The notes under the pieces: model-generated
Database searches by the model: none
The model's input: only the letters and a program-made list of their open reading frames with translations
What the model was told of the DNA's origin: nothing
Assembly: GCA_016748015.1 (NCBI GenBank)
Contig: JAAOMT010000352.1
Location: 186,001 to 250,000, forward strand
DNA from: Geosiphon pyriformis uo1
Lineage: Eukaryota; Fungi; Glomeromycota
Direction: 5' to 3'
Length of the DNA stretch: 64,000 bases
Translations under genes and position numbers: made by a program
In this document: piece by piece, positions 1 through 11,432 of the stretch
Layout of the letters: each line of letters starts with the position of its first letter
Numbering within the stretch: the stretch's first letter is position 1

Positions 1-305
1 ATTGATGAGTTTCCACTTCAAGTTATTAAAAACTCTCTTTTGAAGAAATAGTATTGGGGTTTTGAATTTTATTGAAATCTGAATACTTTTTTGTTTTTAA
101 CACTTTCACTATATATACATAATTAGTGTTATATAAGATTTTTGGAGAATTTTACAATTCTTTAAGAGAATTCTGAAATTCTACAATTCCTTAAAAAGAA
201 TCCTGTAATTTCTTGAGAAAAATCCTGAAATTTTTCATTTTACTATGTCTATTTTTGATTGGTTATTTTATCTATTATTATAATTTCTTATTTCTATAAA
301 TAACA
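1..305 (-). mobile_element. Partial LTR, Ty3/Gypsy family C (continues off the left edge)
   Basis: Reverse complement of the LTR starting at 43335/46117 (tgttatttatagaaat..., GAATTC-type U3 repeats); terminus ...ataaataaca at 305. Confidence 0.8.
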
Positions 306-598
306 ACATATATCTATAGAAATCTAATTATCAGAAAAAATCATAATATTAAAAAAAACTAAAACACACTCAAAAGCCAATACCATGGCCTGCAACTTAG
401 CCAAAGTTGACAAAAGCAAACCATAAACTTTTACTTTTATGCCCAAATCTAGATTAGAAAAGTAAGCAACAGCATCACCAATTATATTAGAAGACTCAAA
501 ATTTTTAACAGAACTATTAATGTAAATTGAAATCTTGGACAATAAATCATTTTTTAATTAAAAATAAATAACACAAAAGCCATCTACATTGAACACAC
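306..598 (-). pseudogene. Non-LTR retrotransposon (LINE) RNase H fragment
   Basis: ORF 324..542 reads ISIYINSS...STLAKLQAMVLAFECV...IFSDN, i.e. decayed RNase H motifs YTDGS / AELQA / SDS; homologous to 16761..16988. Confidence 0.8.
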
Positions 599-1538
599 TG
601 TTATCAGAGGTTTTTGGTCTCTTTTCTTAAATGTTGTTAGTGCTTATTTGTTGTTAATTCACATTTTCTGAAAGCTAATAAATTTTTGATAACTGAATTT
701 ATCTTCAAATTATCTCTTATAATTTAAACTGTTAGAGTTATATATAGAATGACCAATTCTATGCCAGTTATTTTATGTAGTTATATTGTAGTAAATATCA
801 ACTCTTTCTCAAGAATTGCTTATCTAGAAGCTTACTAAAAATGTATAGTTACTTTGCTATAAAAGTTAATTTCTTTACAGAAATCTTATATCTAGACTAT
901 TTTAATAATTATAATAAAAAAAATAAAAAAAAATAAAAAAAATGTAAAGAAAATAGAATTTTGTTAAAAGAATCAATTCTGGTCCAGGTTTGGAATAATT
1001 AATGTTTTATTGAAATTGGTAGCTAATTAATTTCAAAATATTAGTTGTGTTTAAGAAAATTTCAAGCATAATAATTAAGGATTTAAATTTTTAAATTTTT
1101 ATTTTTATTTGATTTGTAAAGATAATTTTAAGAAAGATAGATTTAAAGTAAAATATATTTTCTCAAAGAGTGAAGTTCTTCTTTTATACAATTTGTTATA
1201 ATACTAGTTTTTGAACTTGTACTTTTTTCTTTACTATTATTTCAGTAAATTAAAGATATATTTTAATAAATTATGAGTTATTTTTGCAAACTATTAATTA
1301 TTTCAGTAAATTATCAATTATTTTGGCAAATTTTTGAATATTAAATGGTTCGAAATATTGTGTAATTTGATCATTTTAATTTCTATAATACAAATTGGAT
1401 TATTAATTAAATAATAATATTTGATAATTTGATTAAATAATAAGTAATACTTGAATTAATAATAATATATGCTAATTAATAATAAGAATTATAAGGGTAA
1501 TTTCATGTTATTTAATAGCTAAAATTCTATTGATAACA
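599..1538 (-). mobile_element. Family B LTR without matching TSD (probable recombinant solo LTR)
   Basis: tgttatcagagg...ttgataaca matches the reverse complement of the 24323 LTR. Flanks differ (acac vs atga) and belong to different elements (LINE on the left, family A pol on the right). Confidence 0.8.
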
Positions 1539-3468
1539 ATGACTTAAGAAAACAAAAGCATTATTTGATTATAAATTGTACAAATTAACCATTAAATGTG
1601 ATAAAAAGCCTATTATAGTTAAATATTGCTATTAGACAACTCCTTCAGCACCCAAGCAAAATCAAGAAGAAAAACAATCAGATAAATCAGATGATAAAGA
1701 AAATGAAAAAAAAAAAAAAAAAACTGCTAAATTCACATATACTATCCTCACTAGCAATAGCAAACCACTGAATAATATTAAAACAAACAAAAAAAGAATT
1801 ATTGTAAATGGCAAAATAATCTGTTGGCCTTATTATAATATGCTCAAAAAAATTTTTAACTGAAAACCCAGCAAGAAAACCAAATACAGTTATTGGTAAT
1901 ATGATCCTTATGCCTAGTATTAGTGTGATAAATTTCTGTATTTTCCTAGTGATAAATACAAATTCTATTTAATATATTACAAAAATTGAGCATTTATTAG
2001 CTTAATACCAAAAAAAAGATAAAAAAAATACAAATGTTCTTTGAGAATAAACCACCAGAAATACAATTATTAATAATAAAGCAAAGAAAATTTTTTCTAA
2101 AAGAAAAAAAAATAGACATTAAAAATCTACTGGCTAAAAACAGCCCAATTATCTTAATAGAAAATGATACTTCTGGACATACTTATGTAATACAATATAC
2201 TATTACCACCAAAAAAACTTACCCCATTTACTTAAAGCCATATTAATTCAATTAACACAATAATAAATTCATCAAGAAATAAATAAATTGGATAAAAAAT
2301 CTTGGATTTATACAAAAAACCAAGAGCAAATAGACATTTTCAGTTGTAGTAATATTTAAGAAAAGTGAAATCCTACACTTTTGTATTAATTAATACTAAT
2401 TAAATACTATTATTAAAAAAACCATGTATTTATTTCTTAAAATTAATACAATATTAGACCAATTCAATAGTACTATTTTCTTTTTAATCATTAATTTAAT
2501 TGTTGGATTTTGGCAAATAGAGATGAATTCAAAAAAAACTGTCTTTATTATCAAGTATAACACTTACAAATTTACAGTTATGTCTTTTGGTCTTACCAAT
2601 ACTCTTTCCATTTTTCAATGTTTAATAGACAAAGTATTTAAATCAATAAAAGAAAACTTTGTTCTAGTTTATTTGAATAACATAATAGTATATTCAAAAA
2701 CCTGAGATAAATATTTTGAACATTTACAAAAGATTTTTGATCTTTTTAGAAATGCTGGCCTCAAAATTAATCTTATCAAATTTTTTTTTGAATGTTAATC
2801 TACCTAGTTTCTTAGTTATTTTATTACAAAAGATAAAATCTTCTCTAATTCAGCCAAAATTGAAAAAGTTCAGAATATTAAATGTTCATAAACTATACTT
2901 TTTCTTTGAATTGGCCTCTAATTATTGTAAATTCATCAAGGATTTCTTCAAAATTGTTTTTCTTTCAATTAGCTACTTAAGAAAACTGTTAATTATTACT
3001 AAAGTACATATTAACAAAAAACATTTGAAACTTTAAAAAAAAAATTTGATTACAAAACCTATTCTTATGCAACCTAATCTGAATCAATCTTTTATTTTTT
3101 ATATTAATGCATCCAATTATAGACTTGGTACTGTTTTTTCACAAAAAAATAAAAATGACAAAGAATATACTATAATATATACAAGTAAAACATTTTTATT
3201 AGCAAAACAAAACTATTTTGTTACTAAACAATAATGCTTAGCAGTAGTTTGAGTTACTAGTTACTGAAATAAATATTTTCTTGGTATAAAATTCTTAGTA
3301 ATAACAAATCACCAAGTTTTGATTTGGCTGCACAACAAAAAAAAACTGAAACACAAACAGATAACTTGCTGGATATTCTACTTGAATAAATTTGATTATA
3401 ACATTTAACATTACAAAAAAGCAAATTATCAAAATGCCAATGCTCTTTTCAAACTTACTACCCAGTAA
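1539..3468 (+). pseudogene. Family A1 pol remnant (protease C-terminus, RT, RNase H)
   Basis: YKFTVMSFGLTNTLSIFQ, VLVYLNNIIVYS (decayed YLDD), FYINASNYRLGTVFSQ; ends NANALFKLTTQ* at TAA 3466-3468. Confidence 0.9.
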
Positions 3469-3533
3469 TAATACAACCTTTATAAACCAAATCAACCTAA
3501 TTATTAGTAACTCCTCTTTAACCAAACACAATA

Positions 3534-4810
3534 ATAGACTTGGACAACTACTCTGTACTAATTGAATTTTTGGGTAAAAAACAATATTTACCAGAATACA
3601 ATTAACAGCAAAAAAAACATTTGTGCAAACAATTAAATTTTTATTTAATTTATCAGAACCAATTATACAAAAGAAACAGAAAAGATTTTGACTGTCTTCA
3701 AAAAATTATCAGATTTGAAAAAAGAAATTGTAATATATAATATATATACTGATTTATTAGCTAGACACTTTAAAAAAACAAAAACAATTCAGAAAATTTT
3801 AGCTCACTATTATTGGCCTACTTTGGAAAAAAATATTGCTGAATACATTAAAATCTGTAATATTTGCCAAAAAAAAAGAAAATCCAATCACAAAAAAAAT
3901 ATTCATCCAATCTCTGTTAATTAACTATTTAACAGAATTGGTATAGATGTTGTTGTATTTTTAATAATAACTTTTGATGACAACAAATATATTATCACAA
4001 CTACTAACTATTTAATAAAGTAGACTAAACAGCAGTTTTAATAGCCAATTTTATTTATAAAAATATAATTTGTTACTATAGCTGTTCTAAACAATTTTTA
4101 TCTAATAAAAAAAAAGCTTTTTTTAATACACTGGTTAAAAAATTTTGTAGAAAAATAGAAATATATTATAAACTCTCTTCTTTTTATTATTTTTAACCCA
4201 ATTGCTTAATAGAATATTTTAATAAAACACTATGTGAAACTCTAACCAAAACCAGTAAAAAAAACAAACCTATAGAACAAAGTTTTGCTCTCAGCTTTGT
4301 TTGCTTACAAGATTGTAAATTATAACATAACAAGTTATAAATCTTTTTATTTGTTCTATAAACAAATAGCAACTCTATCAATAAAAATTGACATTGAAAC
4401 AATACTTTTTAAAAAAATAACAATAAGAAATTATAAAGACATTTTGCAAAAAAAACTTGGTATCATTCTTGACTCCTTAATAGAGGCACAAATAATTGTC
4501 TTTGAAAAGATAAAACAGTTTCAAAAAAAACTTAAGAAGAAAAAAATCTATAAAACATTTTCTTTAAGTATTGGTAACTTAGTTATGGAATATTGTTTAA
4601 ACAAAAACAATGTCTATGGTGATAAGTTTTCTAACCAGTAGAAAGAATTTTTTTTAGTCAACAAAGTTTTAAACAACAGTTCATATATCCTATAAGATCA
4701 ATATAGAACAATCTTTAATAATTACTTTGTTTATAATACAACTCAAAAAATATTACAAACAACCTGATTGATTATCTGTTGTAATAATACCAATTCAAAT
4801 GATCAACAAA
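3534..4810 (+). pseudogene. Family A1 integrase (separate ORF)
   Basis: HF..TKTIQKILAHYYWPTL...CNICQKK zinc finger, RIGIDVV, EYFNKTLCETL, ALFAYK. 3' end approximate. Confidence 0.85.
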
Positions 4811-4814
4811 ATCA

Positions 4815-5428
4815 AATATAAATAAATGCACTATTTTCAAAACAGAGATATTTTTAATCAATATAAATAATTATTTTTTGGATCAAAATATTCAAAATGC
4901 TTTCTATCTCTTCATACGTATTAGATTAAAAATTATTCAAATGTTACTTTAATTATTAAAAAACAAACTATTATAACTAATAATAATAGAACTTATATTG
5001 TTATTAAACCAAAAAAAACCATTACTAAAAATGAAAAATTTGGTAACAAAATAGATAAATATCTATTAAAAAGTATAATAATAGTGATATTCTTACTTTT
5101 TAGCATAATTGAAAAAACAATTCCAGAAATCTTATTTATAGACAAAAACTTGTCATATGAAAGACAACTAAAACTCTATAGTTGTTTTAATAAAATTATA
5201 AAAGACATAAAACTTATAAAAAAAACAACTTCAGAGATACAAATAGAAATTTTAGGCATTATATGATTAGATGTTCCAAGAATTTTGATTATTATAAAAA
5301 GAACCAAAACTCTTATTCAAAAATTTGATCTCTTAAATATAAAACTTATTTTATCTTAGGTATTATATACTTTATTCATAAAAAACTTTAACAAACTAGT
5401 TAGCTTTAAGCTAAACAAAACTCTTTAA
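4815..5428 (+). pseudogene. Family A1 accessory ORF3, unknown function
   Basis: Lies between integrase and PPT; homologous to 38210..38689. Start approximate. Confidence 0.7.
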
Positions 5429-5487
5429 ATAGAATATCTTATGAATAGCTTAATTTTGCTGGAGTTCAATCTCTTTAGAGAGAATAA

Positions 5488-6182
5488 TATTATGATTGAA
5501 ATTTATAGTATTTATTAGTTATTATATGTATTAGCCACTGATGTCATATAATTAGTCACCTTATTTTTAGATAGTAATTATTGATTTAATTAATAACTTG
5601 ATTGTTAATTTGATTATTAACCTGATTATTGACTAGTTGTTAACTTAATTATTGATTACTTTTAATATCTATATAAGTAATAAGTCTTTTAGATATAGAA
5701 AATAATATAACAATTAATTAAAAATAAATAAAATAACAACTATTATTTCAATTTTTTTCTTATTACTTATTTTTTTTACTTTTAAGTATTTAAATATCTT
5801 AACATAAAAGATTATTTGTTGACATTTATCTACTTTTTTTCTAATTTGTATAATTGTAGCATTTAAAGATTATTAACTAAAATATAACTAAAGAGTATAT
5901 TTAATATCTGATATTGAATTCTAAGAATACTGATATAAGGCATACAATTATATCAGTGTGTTATTATTTGTTAACAGTACAAACTATTTCTTTACCTTTA
6001 AATTTCTCAGTTATTCTTTGAAAATATTAGTAATTAAAATATTTTATAAGACTGATTTTGCATATTAAATCCATATTTATTTAATTTACTTCTTGAAGTT
6101 AAATTTTTTTTGATTAAATTCTATTATCCTACAATTTTGTTCTCTTTTGCTATTTATTAGCTTGTTACTCCAACTCGTAACA
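5488..6182 (+). mobile_element. Family A1 3' LTR
   Basis: Preceded by PPT-like agagagaataa; tattatgattgaa...ctcgtaaca; matches 21867..22535 and 38749..39420. Confidence 0.9.
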
Positions 6183-6451
6183 ATAATAAAAAAACAATAA
6201 TAAACTGTTTTTTATTTATAATATTGTTAAATTACTTGGTTTAAGTAAAAACTTAGATATATATTACAAATTATAATTGTAATATTTGTTTTTTTGTAAT
6301 ATTAGTAATAATATTACTGTTAAAATAAAGATATAGTGTTGTTTTAATTAATCTAAATAGCTAATTATATATAAAAAGTACATAATTCACATTTAATTTA
6401 GAATACATAATTATTGTATTATATTAAATAGTAATTAAGCTTTATTTATTA

Positions 6452-6713
<262 letters not shown>

Positions 6714-8033
6714 GTATTAAAAATTATTTGTAAAACTGTTATAAAACTAGTATTTTATAAAAATACTGTATTTAATAAAAAAACTTTTGGGTTTTAATTA
6801 TAAATTATTATTTTTTGTTTGTTTAAGTTTTTTAGTTATTTGATTTATTAGTCTGTTGTTTTTTGTGCTATATATTATTAAAAATAATCTTAATTTCAAA
6901 TTAAATACTTTGAAAATTAAATTATTAAGCTTAACTTAATTAATAAATTTAATAATTAAGTTTGTTAATATTTTGGTTATTTACATTTTTGTTTTTAAAG
7001 AATTTTGGTAATTTTAAGAATAAGTTAAATAATTTATATTTATATAATAATATAAAAAATAATTATGTGTTAACTTATTTATAATCTCTACAGATTTAAA
7101 CTATATTATTGATTAAAATTTCATTTATAATGTTTAATACATTACTGGTTTGTCATAAGCTGCTCTTACCACACTTATAAAAGTCGTAGTTGGATAATAA
7201 TAATGAAACTTTCGCACAATTTTTTCATTTGGTAATAAATAAGTTTATTGGTTGATTAAAGTGTGCATAAATTTCTTTTTTTTAGTTCACCATTTCATTG
7301 ATTATAAATTACCTATTATATTACTAATATGTTAAATAAATTCCGCGCGCACATTTATTGTTAAGAAAGTCTTTTAAAGTATGATATTATACATAAAAAT
7401 CCAAAGTCCGTTATTCACGTGACGCATTGATCAATGTTTGTAATTTAGAAAAGCTGTTCGAAGTCACCGTTGAAATCTCCGCCAAAAGACCAAAAAAAAT
7501 GAAGAAAAAAATGAATTTGACCCAAATCACAATATATTTTAAGTCCAGAGCTCCCCCCTAGTGAGGGAATAGAAAAATAAAAAAATATAGTCCTGAGTAA
7601 AAACCATTTTTAAGTTTAGTTATTATCGGCTAATAAAATGTTTTTTTTGGAAGGCTTTGATCTGCCTCCTAATCCTCGAGGAATAAATAAATATTAACGA
7701 ACAGAAATTTGCCATTTGATATTTTTTGTCAAAAATAGTTTTAATTGCTATTGAGAAAATCCCAATAAGGGAGCAAAAAGAGTGGAAATGTTTAAGTTCG
7801 AAATTCATGATATGAAGTGACGAAAGAAAGATTTGATGAATTTGATGATGAAAAGACTGCAAAAGGATGTATCGAGGGAACAAGAAAGGACTGATAAGCG
7901 TCCGTTGATAAGATAAAGATTGTGGTGCAATAGCCAAAAATTCCTTATCAAACCAATCCACTAATTCCTTGAGTCCTCATTCTCTAGATTATCAATCCAA
8001 GGGTGTTTTTATGATTTAAGAAGCTAAAAAAAA

Positions 8034-11000
8034 TCACGTTCCATAATCGACAGAAGATCCGACATCAAGAACACCATCTGCTATGACATCAATTTTAACC
8101 TCTGATTTGACCTCTGATTTTCCCACCGCTTGAAGTTTAACAATCCCTCGAATCTCGCCCATTTCTTTTGGTTGAAAGTGCACCGGTAATATTTTAAACG
8201 CTTTTGGGTTGATTGAAACACTAGAGACGGGGATAAACAAAACAGTAGGTCCTCCTGCTCCAGTCACTACCTCGCATTTACACCGAATTCTTATTGATTG
8301 ATTTGAAGGATTACCTATTTTTATTCGAACAGATCTTCTTCTACCAACCCTAGTAGCAACTATATGAACTTCCTTTTCAGATACCTCAAAGTCTCTTACA
8401 CCCCTCCGTCTTTCATTGTTAATTGCTGTTGAATTATCCGGTTTTCCTTCTCCTTGTATTCTTAAAGATGCACCACTAATTACTTCTGAATTCAAGGAAT
8501 ATTCCAGCGTAAAATTTTGAACATAACTTCCTACGAACAAAGGACGAAAACTCACATCCACACGTTCTAAGTGGCCAGGTCGCAGAAATCCGTGAGTTTT
8601 TGTTATTAAAAAAACTTCGTCAGTAATTTTTTGCTGTGAAGAAGATTCTGATTTTTTAAGGAAGGGAGTTGTGGCAGTAGTAAGTTGCCAAGATATAGGT
8701 TTATTGGTAGGATTGCGTATAGGAAAAACTACACTATTGGTTTCACGGATGGTAGTGACTGGACAACTAACATTCTCAAGAATTTCATGTTCGACATGAT
8801 TTTTACGTTGTACGAGTTGCCTTGATTCATCAGAAGAAACACGTGCACCAGATATTATAGGTTGTGGTGAGGTTGTAAGATGTTGATCAATGCTGAATGA
8901 TGTTCTATCCGGAGTACTTGGTCGACTATTACGATTTGAGGAAAGTGAGAAAGTTTTCCGTGTGTTGATAAGCTTATTGCCATCAGGGCTGGTGTTACGA
9001 CTAGCTGGCCCACTTCTTCTTAATGGTGGGGAGTATCTACTAGTCGAAGCGAAATTGCTGTTGCTACTGTTTTGTGAAGACGACCTAACAGCAGATTCTT
9101 TTCCTTTATTCCTACTTCCAGTGCTGTTTGATGATGCTTTATCCTCTTCTTTCTTCCGAGCTGTCCGCGATTTAGATGTTCTAAATATATCTTCGAAAAA
9201 ATTGCTTTTGCCCCCAGTTTTACTTAGCCTACTCATGAAGGTTTCACTTTGGCTAGCCTTTCCATATTTTGAAGTTCCAAGAGGTTCCAATTCTCCTTTA
9301 CCCTTTTTCTTGACTTGCAGTATATCAACTAGTACTTCCTTTCGTTCTCCATTCTCGCATAAAACCAGTATTCTGGTTCGTCCCATTAAAGGCTTTCCTT
9401 CAGTATTTCCTACGGAACCTTTGAGCATACCTATCAATCTTTTTGGATCTCTAGCTTCCTCCCGTTTTGATCCGACAGTCAAATGTTTCATTAAAACCGA
9501 TATCTTTACTACTGTTACACCCTTTGCTTGAACAATCCCGTAAGCAGGGGATACATCAAATCTGAACGCTGGCCAAAGAATCTCGTAACGTAAAGGATTA
9601 TCAGTCATGTTAGAAATTGTAAAGGTAGTCTCAAATAATGGTTTGGCGTTGTGTTTGGCAAGTGAAGAGCTATGTGGATTGCTTCGCAATGCTAATGATG
9701 CGGTGGATGAATTTGGCGAAAGCTCCCTATGCACTGATGTACCACCAACGATTGTCAAATGTTCGGGGGAAACTTTCATTCCTTGTGGTTCTTGCAATTC
9801 CTCAATATGTGAGGGATTAATCGGTATTGAAGGCGAGACTGGAATAGATTTCTTATCTTCCTTTCCAGAATCTGTCAAATCAACCTCCTCACTTGACCAT
9901 ACCCCAATATCTTCATCTTCCTCCTCTGTAATAGTCGATAATTCTTCTGTGATTACGGGAGTAATTGGTGATTTTTTATCCACTAGATCGCTGATCGGGG
10001 ATCCCAGTAATGCAGTAGATGATTCTTTTAAAGGACTATTAGAAGTCGAATCAAACCCTTTACTCAGTATACTTGGAGTGTAACGTTTGTGAAATTGTCT
10101 GAACTGACCCAAAGTCTTTTTACTCCAGTGGTTCTCGACTTTTCCTATATGTTCAGAAGGGTCGTCATCAGGATTATAAGAAAATTCATGAAATTTATCT
10201 CGAGCAGGACTAAATGGTCTCTTCGGCCATTTCCATAATTTTTTTGAAAAGGAGGTAGAGATTTGCGTCGTTGCCATGGGGTTACCAGGGTTTGATGTGG
10301 AAAAAAATGCCGGTGAACTTGGGGTAATTGGAGCTGATGTTGCGTCTGATTGATAATGTAGAGATGTTTCAGATATTGGTTGAACACTTGTATTGTCTGA
10401 AGATTCAAGACCTTCCTCTTCCTCATCTTCCTCATCTTCCGTTTCTGATATAATCATCAGTTTTCCAGAGTTCTTTAAGGTTAACACGTTAGATTGAGGC
10501 ATACGTCTTGATTGTAGTGTGGATAAAGAGCCAGGAAAACTGCTATCACTCGATGATACTATGTTAGGTTCAATCCGTGAATCTCCTTGTTGATAATTTT
10601 TAGAAGTATTTGAAGGATTGCCGAGCTTTCGTATTCGGTTAAATCCGAGGTTCTGTGTAATTTCATTGGTCTGGTTAGGTTGCAATGGTGAAGATTTAAT
10701 ATCAAGTGTTGAATCTTCCTCCTCATCATCTTCCTCCCCTAACTCACTTATTTCTCCTAACGGCATAAAAGAACCAGAAATTCGTCTTTCGCTTCTTGAT
10801 TTTGATTTTATTGTTCTCAATGATCTTTGCTTGCCTTGTTCCTTTTCTGGTTTTTTACTTTTTTCACTGCCACCTTCTTTCCCATCATCATCATCTCCCT
10901 TCCCCTTATCCTCATCCTCTTCCTCTTCCTCTTCATCCTCCTCCTCCTCCTCCTCCTCTGAAATAGGCCCCATCGATTTTGTCGTGCTGTCATCCCCTGA

Positions 11001-11432
11001 ACTTTCATCCTTGAATGGATAGGAAGGTGAATTTTCTTTCGAATTATCAATACTTGATGTTCTTGCACTAAAACCAAGAAATAGATGCCTTCCACTAGAC
11101 CGTGAGCCTCTGCCTCTGGTGGGTGTTTTTAAAATGTCTTTGAGAGAGGCAGATTTTGAAAAATGAAAGTTTCTTGATAAATCATTCTTTTCTTTATCAT
11201 CATCATCATCAGAATCAGCCGGTGGTTCTTGTTCTTGACCCACTTTATTTTGTTCTTGCTGAAAATCATCCTTTTTTCCATCCTCTTTTAAAGTATCCAA
11301 TCCAGATGAGGATGGTATTGTTTTTTCTTGTTCGATAAGGGAATTTTCAAATTCTGATAGGTTCTTTTGCGGTTGAGGAGTGATTATGTCGTTGGGTTTC
11401 AAATTGGTTCCAGGTTTCGCAGTTACATTTAC
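8034..11432 (-). CDS. CEP192-like gene, coding exon 3 (1132 codons plus stop)
   Basis: Acceptor cattag sits 30 nt upstream of, and in frame with, the TTG-started 1122-aa ORF. Confidence 0.85.
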   Translation of the reverse strand, partial: VNVTAKPGTNLKPNDIITPQPQKNLSEFENSLIEQEKTIPSSSGLDTLKEDGKKDDFQQEQNKVGQEQEPPADSDDDDDKEKNDLSRNFHFSKSASLKDILKTPTRGRGSRSSGRHLFLGFSARTSSIDNSKENSPSYPFKDESSGDDSTTKSMGPISEEEEEEEDEEEEEEDEDKGKGDDDDGKEGGSEKSKKPEKEQGKQRSLRTIKSKSRSERRISGSFMPLGEISELGEEDDEEEDSTLDIKSSPLQPNQTNEITQNLGFNRIRKLGNPSNTSKNYQQGDSRIEPNIVSSSDSSFPGSLSTLQSRRMPQSNVLTLKNSGKLMIISETEDEEDEEEEGLESSDNTSVQPISETSLHYQSDATSAPITPSSPAFFSTSNPGNPMATTQISTSFSKKLWKWPKRPFSPARDKFHEFSYNPDDDPSEHIGKVENHWSKKTLGQFRQFHKRYTPSILSKGFDSTSNSPLKESSTALLGSPISDLVDKKSPITPVITEELSTITEEEDEDIGVWSSEEVDLTDSGKEDKKSIPVSPSIPINPSHIEELQEPQGMKVSPEHLTIVGGTSVHRELSPNSSTASLALRSNPHSSSLAKHNAKPLFETTFTISNMTDNPLRYEILWPAFRFDVSPAYGIVQAKGVTVVKISVLMKHLTVGSKREEARDPKRLIGMLKGSVGNTEGKPLMGRTRILVLCENGERKEVLVDILQVKKKGKGELEPLGTSKYGKASQSETFMSRLSKTGGKSNFFEDIFRTSKSRTARKKEEDKASSNSTGSRNKGKESAVRSSSQNSSNSNFASTSRYSPPLRRSGPASRNTSPDGNKLINTRKTFSLSSNRNSRPSTPDRTSFSIDQHLTTSPQPIISGARVSSDESRQLVQRKNHVEHEILENVSCPVTTIRETNSVVFPIRNPTNKPISWQLTTATTPFLKKSESSSQQKITDEVFLITKTHGFLRPGHLERVDVSFRPLFVGSYVQNFTLEYSLNSEVISGASLRIQGEGKPDNSTAINNERRRGVRDFEVSEKEVHIVATRVGRRRSVRIKIGNPSNQSIRIRCKCEVVTGAGGPTVLFIPVSSVSINPKAFKILPVHFQPKEMGEIRGIVKLQAVGKSEVKSEVKIDVIADGVLDVGSSVDYGT

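Larger units (their letters stand above)
1539..6182 (+). mobile_element. Ty3/Gypsy family A copy 1, 5'-truncated and decayed
   Basis: Colinear with ~34768..39420: protease tail, Cys-rich insert, RT, RNase H, integrase, ORF3, PPT, 3' LTR. Confidence 0.92.

Noticed and set aside
1539-6182. Alternative genetic code to explain the many in-frame stops
   Set aside because: Stops fall at different positions in sibling copies and derive from CAA, CGA or TGG by transition; the host gene reads normally in the standard code.
7623-7961. 112-aa minus-strand ORF just downstream of the host gene
   Set aside because: Non-ATG start, no motifs, and it lies in the probable 3' UTR.
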